Virus record (IMG/VR): IMGVR_UViG_3300027798_000135
Coordinates: 1 to 33,068 of that record
Length of the DNA stretch: 33,068 nt
Direction: 5' to 3' (one strand)
DNA from: a virus
Lineage: Duplodnaviria > Caudoviricetes
In this document: in pieces, positions 1 to 7,986 of the stretch
Numbering within the stretch: the first letter of the stretch is position 1
How the letters are laid out: every line of letters starts with the position of its first letter
Translations under genes and position numbers: made by a program
Notes under the pieces: model-generated
What the model saw: only the letters and a program-made list of their open reading frames with translations
The model's database searches: none
What the model was told of the DNA's origin: nothing

Positions 1-296
1 ACACCGCACCGAGCGAAGATGGTTTAACTGACGTAGTTAAAGTAGTGCATTGGCGTTACCAAGCAGAACAAGTAGACGGAGACAAAACTTACAATGCTGA
101 GGTTTACGGGGCAATGGGTTGCGCTACACCTTCGGAAACGGACTTTACCGCTTATGCTGATTTAACTTATGACCAAGTATGCGAGTGGTTAGTAGCCGGT
201 AATGATGTCGCTGCTTTGGATAGTAACTTAGTTTCTCAAATTGAGAACCAAAAGAACCCACCGATTGTAAACTTACCTTTGCCGTGGAATAATTAA
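1..296 (+). CDS. 3' part of a small conserved phage protein downstream of the tail fibre; the gene starts at ATG 33000 and crosses the circular junction
   Basis: The frame is open from the window start (TAPSEDGLTDVVKVVHWRY...LPLPWNN) and continues MATTYKWVISQLDTAPSED from 33000. The W...HW...LPW pattern is typical of small tail-associated proteins. Confidence 0.75.
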   Translation, partial: TAPSEDGLTDVVKVVHWRYQAEQVDGDKTYNAEVYGAMGCATPSETDFTAYADLTYDQVCEWLVAGNDVAALDSNLVSQIENQKNPPIVNLPLPWNN

Positions 297-325
297 AATC
301 TATATATCTTTACAAAAAAATCAAA

Positions 326-712
326 ATGAAACACAAACAATTATTACAATTAGTAAGCAGCATTAATGCCGTAATCGGTAACCAGGAAAGCAAAACCCAA
401 AAGAAGCTTTTTAAGTTATACGAGAAGGTTAAGAAGCATCACGAAGACTATCAAGCAGAAGTTGAAATTTTGCGTTTAGACAATGCTCAGACAGACGATA
501 AGGACTGCTTACTATTAGATGACAAAGGAAATTACAAGTATTCAAAAGACGGCATCAAGAAACTAACTAAGGACATTGAAGCTTTAAATGATAAAGAATT
601 TGACTTTGTAATAATTAACGTAGTCAATCCACAAGGTCTTGAGGACTTTACTTTTTTAGAAGATTGGACTAATGGTATAGAATTTAACAAACAAGAAGAA
701 GAAGAATTATAA
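326..712 (+). CDS. hypothetical protein (possible tail-fibre chaperone/assembly protein)
   Basis: 128-aa helical acidic ORF with an A-rich leader, lying between the fibre and lysis genes. Confidence 0.6.
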   Translation: MKHKQLLQLVSSINAVIGNQESKTQKKLFKLYEKVKKHHEDYQAEVEILRLDNAQTDDKDCLLLDDKGNYKYSKDGIKKLTKDIEALNDKEFDFVIINVVNPQGLEDFTFLEDWTNGIEFNKQEEEEL

Positions 713-882
713 TGGAAAATAACAACCAAGCAGACCAATCAACAATAGTATCATTAGTAAGTGCTACTCTTAGCATTACAAGTATTCAACCACTATTCAC
801 ATTGTTGGCGAGTTTGGTTGCTATTATTTCTGGCGGTATGGCTATTAGATACTATTGGAAAATGACTAAGAAACTAAAATGA
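712..882 (+). CDS. small membrane protein, holin/antiholin candidate (56 aa, not in ORF track)
   Basis: MENNNQADQSTIVSLVSATLSITSIQPLFTLLASLVAIISGGMAIRYYWKMTKKLK. TAATG and ATGA overlaps with both neighbours, hydrophobic segments and a basic C-terminus. Confidence 0.65.
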   Translation: MENNNQADQSTIVSLVSATLSITSIQPLFTLLASLVAIISGGMAIRYYWKMTKKLK

Positions 883-1316
883 GAATAATACTTTTAGCTT
901 TACTACTTACATCTTGCGCTTCTGTTAAGAAGTTTGAAAAGAGATACGATAGCACGGGAACTATTAAGATTGACTCCGTGCGTTTGACTTTTTACGATAG
1001 CGTTACCAAGATTATAGAGAAGGAGCAAATATTTACCAAGAGTATTACTATCTATGACACAATCCGTATTACAAAGGATAGTATTATAGTTATTCCCAAA
1101 ATCGTAACTAAATGGATTTACGAGATACGAGAGAAGGAAACAGACAATAGTCTTATTAAAAAAGACACAATAGCGTTTAATCGCACGGAAAGTACTCAAA
1201 TTTCGATTGCGGACAAAAGTAAGGTAAGTACACAGAATAACTTTTGGAAGGCTCTAATCGGTCTAATAATAGCCATTGTATTAATTTTAGCATATTGGAA
1301 TAAGTTATGGAAATAA
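879..1316 (+). CDS. lipoprotein with C-terminal TM helix; unimolecular spanin candidate
   Basis: Signal peptide with lipobox LTS-C (Cys13), beta-rich middle, C-terminal TM FWKALIGLIIAIVLILAYW; adjacent to the endolysin. Confidence 0.65.
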   Translation: MRIILLALLLTSCASVKKFEKRYDSTGTIKIDSVRLTFYDSVTKIIEKEQIFTKSITIYDTIRITKDSIIVIPKIVTKWIYEIREKETDNSLIKKDTIAFNRTESTQISIADKSKVSTQNNFWKALIGLIIAIVLILAYWNKLWK

Positions 1317-1753
1317 ATAAAGCAGGTAAAGATTTAGTAAAGCACTTCGAAGGGTGCAAGTTAAAGGCGTACAAATGTCCGGCTAATGTCTGGACTATTG
1401 GCTATGGCAATACATTCTACGAGGACGGAAGCAAAGTAAAGGAAGGCGATGTGATTACTCAGGAAAGGGCGAATGAATTATTTGACATAATTATTAATGA
1501 TTTTGCGAGAATGACAGATGCACTTGTAAAATCAGATGTTAGTGAAAACAATTTTTCTGCGATTGTTTCGTTTGCTTTTAATGTAGGCACGGGCAACTTA
1601 AAGAAAAGCACTTTACTAAAGAAGGTAAATGTCAATCCTAAAGACCCAACAATTAAGGCTGAGTTTATGAAATGGACGAAGGCAAATGGTGTGGTGCTAA
1701 AAGGGTTAGTGAGGCGAAGAGAAGCTGAGGCTAAACTATATGAGCAACTTTAG
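1307..1753 (+). CDS. endolysin, GH24 phage lysozyme
   Basis: Motifs FEGCKLKAYKCPANVWTIGYG, FAFNVG and GLVRRREAE. Confidence 0.93.
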   Translation: MEINKAGKDLVKHFEGCKLKAYKCPANVWTIGYGNTFYEDGSKVKEGDVITQERANELFDIIINDFARMTDALVKSDVSENNFSAIVSFAFNVGTGNLKKSTLLKKVNVNPKDPTIKAEFMKWTKANGVVLKGLVRRREAEAKLYEQL

Positions 1754-1964
1754 AACTATATTAGTTAATTTATTATCGGACGAAAGCAACAGTATAAGCC
1801 ATAAAAGAGTAGTGGCTATGCTTGGCAGCATTTGTCTTTTTATTTCTTTGTTCTTAAATATAATCTTAAAAATTAACCCAAGCGATAAGCTGGTAGATGC
1901 GGTCTTGTATCTTACGCTATTTGCTATGGGTTATACCACAATAGATAAATTCAGCAAAAAATAA
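1740..1964 (+). CDS. holin-like two-TM membrane protein
   Basis: Two hydrophobic helices, S-x-KR before TM1, basic C-terminus; overlaps the endolysin stop. Confidence 0.6.
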   Translation: MSNFRTILVNLLSDESNSISHKRVVAMLGSICLFISLFLNIILKINPSDKLVDAVLYLTLFAMGYTTIDKFSKK

Positions 1965-1967
1965 ATA

Positions 1968-2702
1968 ATGCTCAAAACCAAACGCAAACGACTATTCTTT
2001 GACATCGAAACAAGCCCGAACGTAGGCTTTTTCTGGACTGCTGGTTACAAGTTAAACATTACAACTGATAGCATTATCAAAGAACGTGCAGTAATTTGCA
2101 TCTGTTACAAGTGGGAAGACGAAAAAGAAGTTTATTATTTAGAATGGGATAGCAAACAGAATGACAAAAGAATGCTGCAAAAGTTTGTAGAGGTAGCTAA
2201 TACTGCATCGGAGTTAGTAGGACACAACGGAGATAAGTTCGACCTTGCTTGGATAAGAACCAGGTGCTTGTTTCATAAAATAGAGATGTTCCCTTCTTAT
2301 GTTACTATTGACACGCTAAAGGTAGCAAGGCAAAAGTTTAGATTTAATAGCAACAAGCTTAATTACATAGCTGACTATTTAGGTATTGGCACTAAAATCA
2401 AAACAGAATATAGTTTATGGAAAGACATAGTTCTGCATAAGGATAAGATTGCAATGGCTAAAATGATTAAGTACTGCCAGAAGGACGTAGTGTTATTAGA
2501 GCAAGTATTTAACGCATTAAAGCTGCACATAGAACCTAAAACACATTACGGAGTTATCTTCGGAGCAGACAGAGGTAGCTGCCCTGAGTGCGGAAGCGAT
2601 GACTTGATAATACAAATGAGGCGCACAACCGCAACAGGAGTTAAGAAGATATTATACAAGTGCAAAACTTGTTTTAAAATACATTCTAAAACAGAAAAAT
2701 AA
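1968..2702 (+). CDS. DnaQ/RNase H-like 3'-5' exonuclease with C-terminal zinc ribbon
   Basis: Exo motifs FFDIETS, GHNGDKFD and YCQKDV; CPECGS...CKTC. Confidence 0.85.
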   Translation: MLKTKRKRLFFDIETSPNVGFFWTAGYKLNITTDSIIKERAVICICYKWEDEKEVYYLEWDSKQNDKRMLQKFVEVANTASELVGHNGDKFDLAWIRTRCLFHKIEMFPSYVTIDTLKVARQKFRFNSNKLNYIADYLGIGTKIKTEYSLWKDIVLHKDKIAMAKMIKYCQKDVVLLEQVFNALKLHIEPKTHYGVIFGADRGSCPECGSDDLIIQMRRTTATGVKKILYKCKTCFKIHSKTEK

Positions 2703-2926
2703 TGGATAGTAAAATACTTAGCTTAGTAATTAAAGATATGCGTAGGCGTGAAAAAGTAGGCAAAGAAAAGTATAACTGCACAATGGATAGGCAAGACTTA
2801 TCTACTGGGCAATGGATAACACATTTGAAGCAGGAACTACAAGATGCCATTTTATACCTTACTAAACTCGAACAGATACACAATGCGCCTAAAGAAGATA
2901 TTCAGCTTCGGAAATATTTTAGATAA
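2702..2926 (+). CDS. small helical protein, possible all-alpha NTP pyrophosphohydrolase-like
   Basis: G-x-EKY...HLKQELQDAILY pattern; translationally coupled to the exonuclease. Confidence 0.45.
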   Translation: MDSKILSLVIKDMRRREKVGKEKYNCTMDRQDLSTGQWITHLKQELQDAILYLTKLEQIHNAPKEDIQLRKYFR

Positions 2927-3314
2927 AAAAGTTTACGAAGACCTAAAGCAATTAGATTACACAAACCCAAACTTTAAAGGTTGCGGAGATGAGTTCCAGT
3001 TCAATCGTGAGTGGTGGGTAATGCTTGACGATATGAGCCGTATCGTTGCATATTGCGGCTCAATTTATTCTAAGGGCATTTGTATATTTAACAGGGCTTG
3101 GGTTAAAAAAGAATATAGAGGACAGGGCATACAAAGACGAATGATTAGAACCAGGTTAAAGGCAGCATCTACTTTTTGCCACATAGCTATTACTTACACT
3201 ACTTTAGACAACTTCCCTTCGGCTAATAACCTTATAGATTGCCGGTTCAAGCTTTACTTACCGGAGTATTCATATGGGGGTTCTGACAAACTTTACTTTC
3301 AAAAGTTACTTTAG
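2883..3314 (+). CDS. GNAT-family acetyltransferase
   Basis: Acetyl-CoA motif A (VKKEYRGQGIQRRMI) and motif B (DNFPSANNL). Likely start is ATG 2883 rather than 2844. Confidence 0.8.
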   Translation: MRLKKIFSFGNILDKKVYEDLKQLDYTNPNFKGCGDEFQFNREWWVMLDDMSRIVAYCGSIYSKGICIFNRAWVKKEYRGQGIQRRMIRTRLKAASTFCHIAITYTTLDNFPSANNLIDCRFKLYLPEYSYGGSDKLYFQKLL

Positions 3315-3330
3315 ACCTTTAAAGTACAAT

Positions 3331-3354
3331 AAAGGTAGTAATTCTACTACTTTT
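3331..3354 (+). terminator. possible intrinsic terminator after the GNAT gene
   Basis: AAAGGTAGTA-attc-TACTACTTTT imperfect hairpin ending in a short T run. Confidence 0.4.
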
Positions 3355-3559
3355 GGCTGCATTTTACTACCGAATTTGTCAATCAATAAAGTTGTATTTA
3401 TCAATCAATAGATAAGTTTTACCCTTACTTTATGTCGGAATTTTACATCATTAGATACCTTTTTTTGACATAATGTGCGATAAAATGCACATTACTCGGT
3501 TTTTTGTCCTATACAAAACCCATTATTTGCAACAAGGTTACAAAAATAAATTTATTACT

Positions 3560-3593
3560 TTTGCACTTTGTATTGTGTAATGTGTTATCTTTG
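3560..3593 (+). promoter_or_regulatory. Bacteroidota housekeeping-sigma promoter (early operon)
   Basis: -7 element TATCTTTG at 3586-3593 with upstream TTTG copies (3560-3563, 3567-3570). Confidence 0.65.
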
Positions 3594-3610
3594 TTGAAAC
3601 AAAACACAAT

Positions 3611-3817
3611 ATGACACATTTAACCACCTACCAAATGTTCCAATATCAGCGATACGGGAACATCTTAATTGACGGGGATAGGAGTACTACAAACCCTTAT
3701 GACCCTGCTCTATTGCCTAAAAACTACGACTACGAAGATGACGATTATACGTTTACTCGTTGGGTAGAAAACAATGCAGAACTTGAACTTTTAAAAACCG
3801 AACAATATGAAGATTGA
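3611..3817 (+). CDS. hypothetical protein
   Basis: First ORF after the promoter, AAAACACAAT leader. Confidence 0.65.
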   Translation: MTHLTTYQMFQYQRYGNILIDGDRSTTNPYDPALLPKNYDYEDDDYTFTRWVENNAELELLKTEQYED

Positions 3818-4019
3818 ATTTATCAAAGAAACTAACCACAGAGGCGATGTTTACTATTATACAACAGTAGATAATCGCTACCAAAAGGACACTATATCTT
3901 TGGACTATTCACAAGCCTATGAAATATTTATAGGTATGAGAAAAAAACAAGAGCCGACTATCGAAGTATTAGAACATTATATTATTAAAGAAACAACAGA
4001 AACAAATGAGCCTAATTAA
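3807..4019 (+). CDS. hypothetical protein
   Basis: Short overlaps with both neighbours in the operon. Confidence 0.65.
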   Translation: MKIEFIKETNHRGDVYYYTTVDNRYQKDTISLDYSQAYEIFIGMRKKQEPTIEVLEHYIIKETTETNEPN

Positions 4020-4539
4020 AATACAACAGGAATTAAAAGCACCTAAAAATCAATTCAATGCTTTTGCTAAATACAAGTACCGAAGTGCAGAAGATATAAT
4101 CGAAGCTGCAAAACCTATCTGCCATAAATACGGCTACGCTTTAATGTTAAGCGATGAGGTCGTAGAAGTAGGCGGTCGGGTATATGTAAAGGCTACTGCT
4201 TGTCTAAGTAACTTAGAGGATAACATTACTTGCACGGGGTTAGCGCGTGAAGAGGAAAACAAAAAAGGTATGGACGCTTCACAGATTACCGGAGCAGCAA
4301 GTAGCTACGCCAGGAAGTACGCCCTTAACGGACTCTTTGCAATAGACGATACCAAAGATGCAGACGCTACTAACGAACATAAAGACGAAGTAAGCGAAGG
4401 ACAAAAGGCATTCTTAATTGAAGCACTTGATAAGACAAAGTTTACTGAAGACCAGAAGGTAAAGGCTGCTTTGAAAATCAATGCTATCAAGACCTTAGAA
4501 GAGTTTAACAAGATTAAAGAAACAATAAAGAAAAGCTAA
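4006..4539 (+). CDS. erf: ERF-family single-strand annealing protein
   Basis: LKAPKNQFNAFAKYKYRSAEDI and GAASSYARKYALNGLFAIDD-x-KDAD signatures. Confidence 0.88.
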   Translation: MSLIKIQQELKAPKNQFNAFAKYKYRSAEDIIEAAKPICHKYGYALMLSDEVVEVGGRVYVKATACLSNLEDNITCTGLAREEENKKGMDASQITGAASSYARKYALNGLFAIDDTKDADATNEHKDEVSEGQKAFLIEALDKTKFTEDQKVKAALKINAIKTLEEFNKIKETIKKS

Positions 4540-4778
4540 TGAGAGACTTGCTACCATTTGAAAGGCAGATGCTCCTGGCAGAAGTATACCACTACGCTTG
4601 GTATAACGAAGAGGCATACGCTGACTTATTAACATTCATAGAAAAGTATCAAACCATTTTAGACAAACCAGTATTTTTAACCCAAATCCCAAACAATGAC
4701 ACAGAAACAACGCATCTTGAACCACTTGCTTTCGGGCAAGACCTTGACACCAATCCAAGCATTGACGAAGTACAATAG
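4539..4778 (+). CDS. hypothetical protein
   Basis: TAATG coupling to erf; C-terminal tail overlaps the next gene by 83 nt. Confidence 0.55.
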   Translation: MRDLLPFERQMLLAEVYHYAWYNEEAYADLLTFIEKYQTILDKPVFLTQIPNNDTETTHLEPLAFGQDLDTNPSIDEVQ

Positions 4779-4905
4779 CTTAAGATTAGCAGCAGTAGTG
4801 TTTGAATTAAAACGCAAAGGCTACAAAGTACAAACGGAATTAATTAACGTAGGTACAAAAAAACAAAGTAAATTAGTAGCTAAATATTCAATTAAAACTA
4901 AATAA
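4696..4905 (+). CDS. winged helix-turn-helix DNA-binding protein
   Basis: TQKQRILNHL-x-SG-x-TLT-x-x-QAL...RLAAVVFELKRKGY-x-V pattern of small phage wHTH proteins. Confidence 0.8.
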   Translation: MTQKQRILNHLLSGKTLTPIQALTKYNSLRLAAVVFELKRKGYKVQTELINVGTKKQSKLVAKYSIKTK

Positions 4906-4906
4906 A

Positions 4907-5101
4907 ATGACAGAGAAAAAATGGAGTGCAGGTGCTTGGAAAAAGACAACTGCTAAAGGAGAAGTAATTAATTTTACTATTGAAAATGTTAAATACTCTA
5001 TGTGGGTTAATTCTTACAAGACAGAGGACAAACAACCAGACTTTAAGATTTATGTAAATGATTTTAAACCAAAAGAAGATACGGAAGGATTGCCGTTTTA
5101 A
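4907..5101 (+). CDS. small SSB-like protein
   Basis: Beta-rich 64 aa with GAWK and KQPDF motifs and an acidic C-terminal tail ending in LPF, as in SSBs. Confidence 0.5.
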   Translation: MTEKKWSAGAWKKTTAKGEVINFTIENVKYSMWVNSYKTEDKQPDFKIYVNDFKPKEDTEGLPF

Positions 5102-5103
5102 TT

Positions 5104-5532
5104 ATGCTAACTAAGAAAAAAGATGTATCAATCAAACAATTAAAAGATTTATATTATGCTCAAAGACTTACCCATATACGCCTACACGATATGATGCACC
5201 AGTTGGGACTATTAGGCATTGAAGATAATCAGCCTTTAGGCGCAGATATAGGAGCATTAAAAATTGTAAGTTTAGTAGATGAGACATTTGAATGCGATGT
5301 GTTAAAAAAAGATAGAAGTTTAAAAACTACTTTTGGTCGTAAGGCTGCTGCTTATTTATTAAGGCGATACACTAAGTTAAGCCTCAAAGATATAAGCATA
5401 TACTCAGGCACTAAGGACCACACAACCGCAATACATAACATAAAACAAGCAAACAACCTAATTGACACGGAAGATTGGTTTAAAGACAAATTAAAAAGAA
5501 TTTGTCAAAAGATTGAACTTATTGAAAATTAG
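5104..5532 (+). CDS. protein with DnaA C-terminal (domain IV) DNA-binding domain
   Basis: R-x-x-AAYLLRRYTKLSLKDI...KDHTTAIH matches the DnaA domain IV signature (SL-x-x-IG...RDHTTV-x-H). Confidence 0.75.
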   Translation: MLTKKKDVSIKQLKDLYYAQRLTHIRLHDMMHQLGLLGIEDNQPLGADIGALKIVSLVDETFECDVLKKDRSLKTTFGRKAAAYLLRRYTKLSLKDISIYSGTKDHTTAIHNIKQANNLIDTEDWFKDKLKRICQKIELIEN

Positions 5533-5542
5533 TGTATATTTG
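5513..5542 (+). promoter_or_regulatory. Bacteroidota promoter for the replication operon
   Basis: TTG (5513-5515) - 19 nt - TATATTTG (5535-5542), the consensus spacing. Confidence 0.75.
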
Positions 5543-5551
5543 CAGATATAA

Positions 5552-5643
5552 AAAGACATAGACGTACTACGAACCGACTATGTGTTTAGTGGTTAAATAA
5601 TAATAACCCTGGTAGTTCGTAGCTATCGGGGTTTATTTTTTTT
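5552..5643 (+). ncRNA. structured 5' leader: two hairpins with complementary loops, the second a terminator-like hairpin
   Basis: Stem ACATAG/CTATGT enclosing CTACGAAC (5567-5574); stem AACCCTGGTAG/CTATCGGGGTT containing GTTCGTAG (5615-5622); T tract up to the ATG. Confidence 0.6.
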
Positions 5644-6336
5644 ATGGCAAAAGACCCTGCATTCCTATTTTATAGCAGCGACTTTTTAAATGGAGTAGCT
5701 GATTTAACAATGGAAGAGAGAGGACAATTTATTACTCTCTTATGTTTACAACACCAGAAAGGTACACTTACAGACAAAACCATTAGGTTATCTTTAGGTT
5801 CGGTTTCGGTTGATGTTTTGAGCAAGTTTTCAAAAGACAAATTCGGAAATTTTTACAATAACCGACTAAGTAATGAGATTGAAAAACGCATTCAATTTAC
5901 TGAAAGCCGCAGAAACAATGGCTCTAAAGGTGGTAGACCTAAAAATAATACAAAACCATTAGGTTTACCTAAAGATAACCTTATGGAAGATGTAAATGAA
6001 AATGAAAATGAAGATATAAATATAAATAAAAGTAAGTGTACATTTGACCAGGTTTACGAATATATGGCAATCAGGATAGGAACAGAAGTAGCAAAGATTG
6101 AAGCCGAGAAGTTTGTAAATTACTACGAAAGCAATGGGTGGAAAGTAGGTAAGAACCCTATGAAAAGTTGGGGAGCAGCAGCAAATAATTGGATAACAAA
6201 CACTAAACAATATGCAAAAAGAACTACAAACAATCAACGAAAACTTACAAAAGGAGAACAATTTAACCTTGACGGCTACAACCTTATCAACGCTACTACC
6301 TTCGGAGCAGGAGATTATGACCGCCTTTTTGGGTGA
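5644..6336 (+). CDS. replication initiator / replisome organiser (DUF1376/YdaU-like N-terminus)
   Basis: PAFLFYSSDFL...LTMEERGQFITLLC N-domain; GSKGGRP linker; C-domain FVNYYESNGWKVGKNPMKSW-x-AA. Confidence 0.8.
   Translation: MAKDPAFLFYSSDFLNGVADLTMEERGQFITLLCLQHQKGTLTDKTIRLSLGSVSVDVLSKFSKDKFGNFYNNRLSNEIEKRIQFTESRRNNGSKGGRPKNNTKPLGLPKDNLMEDVNENENEDININKSKCTFDQVYEYMAIRIGTEVAKIEAEKFVNYYESNGWKVGKNPMKSWGAAANNWITNTKQYAKRTTNNQRKLTKGEQFNLDGYNLINATTFGAGDYDRLFG
5774..6033. repeat. iteron-like repeats and AT-rich tract: putative replication origin inside the initiator gene
   Basis: ACAAAACCATTAGGTT is identical at 5774-5789 and 5950-5965 in different reading frames; extra TAGGTT/ACCTAAA half-sites; A-rich tract at 5992-6033. 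Confidence 0.6.
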
Positions 6337-6973
6337 GAGGATAAGAAGCCTTAATCAAACAATGCTGCATCAGAACCTGATTTACATTATGCAGTTAGTA
6401 GGCATAAACGTAATACCAGACAAAGTTAAGTTAGCAGTTTTAGAGGATTGGATAAGGAGTGAGTACGGAGGCTTTACAATAAACGAGATTAAAGTAGCGT
6501 TTAAGCAAATGATAGCCAATGACTTTATAGACCACTACCAGAACTTTAGTCCTGCATACTTTAGTCAGGTAATGGATAGGTATAAGAAAAAAGCAAACGA
6601 AGTTAGAAAAATGATGCCACAAGAACGAGTAGAAGCAATCCCACACTTAACCGATTTAGAGATAATTGATTACTCTTACCAGGAATATAAGGTTCTTGAA
6701 AATAGAACTTTTGACAGGTTGTTTAACCCATTAAGCGTATTTACTAAGCTTAATAGTACAGGCATCAAGGTATGGACAAAAGAAGATGGCGCACTTGCCA
6801 AAAAGAAACTAATGGATATAATAACCTTTAAGGCAAGTAAAATGGACTTTGCAACCGCAAAGCAGTACCGGGACGAATGGACGGAAAGTTGGTTAAAGAA
6901 CCAAGCCAGAGCCGTAGCCGTATCTTTATTTTTTGAGGAGCAAATAAAAATTGGCAAAGTATCGTTTTCTTAA
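6212..6973 (+). CDS. hypothetical replication protein (helicase loader-like position)
   Basis: Directly follows and overlaps the initiator; helical protein with FTINEIKVAF...YQNFSPAYF. Confidence 0.5.
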   Translation: MQKELQTINENLQKENNLTLTATTLSTLLPSEQEIMTAFLGERIRSLNQTMLHQNLIYIMQLVGINVIPDKVKLAVLEDWIRSEYGGFTINEIKVAFKQMIANDFIDHYQNFSPAYFSQVMDRYKKKANEVRKMMPQERVEAIPHLTDLEIIDYSYQEYKVLENRTFDRLFNPLSVFTKLNSTGIKVWTKEDGALAKKKLMDIITFKASKMDFATAKQYRDEWTESWLKNQARAVAVSLFFEEQIKIGKVSFS

Positions 6974-6987
6974 TATAGTTTTGTAAT

Positions 6988-7293
6988 ATGACCGCAAACG
7001 AATTAACCAAAGAAGCTATCCAAACACTAAATAAAAACGGGTGCTTTGTATGGCGCAATAATAATCTTGCGGTTAGAGGTAGAACATTTATAGGACTTAA
7101 GGGAGTTCCAGATGTAGTAGGCTTTCACACGCAAAGCGGAGTAGCGGTTTACTGCGAAACAAAAGCAATAGGAGATAAGTTAAGCAGCTACCAAATAGCA
7201 TTCTTAAACTTAGCAAAGACGGCAAATTGTTTTTGTTACATAGCAACCGAAGATAACGGCAAACTAATCTTAAAGGACTATGAACAAGAATAG
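6988..7293 (+). CDS. VRR-NUC / PD-(D/E)XK nuclease (resolvase-like)
   Basis: KGVPDVVG...YCETK...LSSYQIAFL motif. Confidence 0.8.
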   Translation: MTANELTKEAIQTLNKNGCFVWRNNNLAVRGRTFIGLKGVPDVVGFHTQSGVAVYCETKAIGDKLSSYQIAFLNLAKTANCFCYIATEDNGKLILKDYEQE

Positions 7294-7756
7294 CATCATA
7301 TTAGAACTTTGGGAGAGCCGAGAACTAAAGGAAGCAATAGACAAAATGCAGCCTGAAGACCTGAGAGAAGATTTAAGAAGCGAAATATTTAAGGTGCTAT
7401 GCGAAATGGACGAGGAGCGATTAATTGATATGCGCACCCGTAATGTATTAAAGTTCTACTTAGTTAGAACTATGATTAATATGATGCAAAGTAATACAAG
7501 CCAATTTTACCGCACATACCGAAAACCTTTAGAGGTTGAATTAATAGTACACGACAGAGACGAAGATTTACTTAACAAAGTAGAAAACGAACTATCCAAG
7601 ATGCACTGGTACAAAGCAGAACTTTTAAGAGTGTATGCTATTAACCATAACTGCAACGCTAAAGAACTTAGCAGAGTTACAGGCATACCTTATATGTCAG
7701 TACACAGGGAACTTAAATTAACTAAACGAGAACTTAAAAAACAATTACGCAAATGA
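7280..7756 (+). CDS. sigma-70/ECF-like transcription factor (probable late-gene regulator)
   Basis: Region-2-like EDLRSEIFKVL...KFYLVRTMIN and C-terminal HTH AKELSRVTGIPYMSVHRELK. Confidence 0.65.
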   Translation: MNKNSIILELWESRELKEAIDKMQPEDLREDLRSEIFKVLCEMDEERLIDMRTRNVLKFYLVRTMINMMQSNTSQFYRTYRKPLEVELIVHDRDEDLLNKVENELSKMHWYKAELLRVYAINHNCNAKELSRVTGIPYMSVHRELKLTKRELKKQLRK

Positions 7757-7986
7757 TAATTATCGCAGCAGTATGCTTTGCAATATTCTTTGTAGAGATA
7801 CATCAGTTTCACAGAAAATGGTATTTAGATTACAAGCCTTTTAGTTGTACAAGTTGTTTAGCAGCTTGGGTAGGATTAATTTTATATTTACTTCCTGCAA
7901 TATGTACAGACGTATTTGCGTTTGTATTTATACCAGGAGTATTAGCACCTTTATTATCTAAACTAATGTGGAACTTATGGAAATAG
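7753..7986 (+). CDS. small membrane protein with CxxC
   Basis: Hydrophobic segments flanking KPFSCTSCLAAW. Confidence 0.6.
   Translation: MIIIAAVCFAIFFVEIHQFHRKWYLDYKPFSCTSCLAAWVGLILYLLPAICTDVFAFVFIPGVLAPLLSKLMWNLWK

Noticed and set aside
6951-6990. TAGTTTTG host-type -7 element 4 nt before the VRR-NUC start
   Set aside because: It fits TAnnTTTG, but the nearest TTG is 22 nt away and the site could be chance; not listed as a feature.
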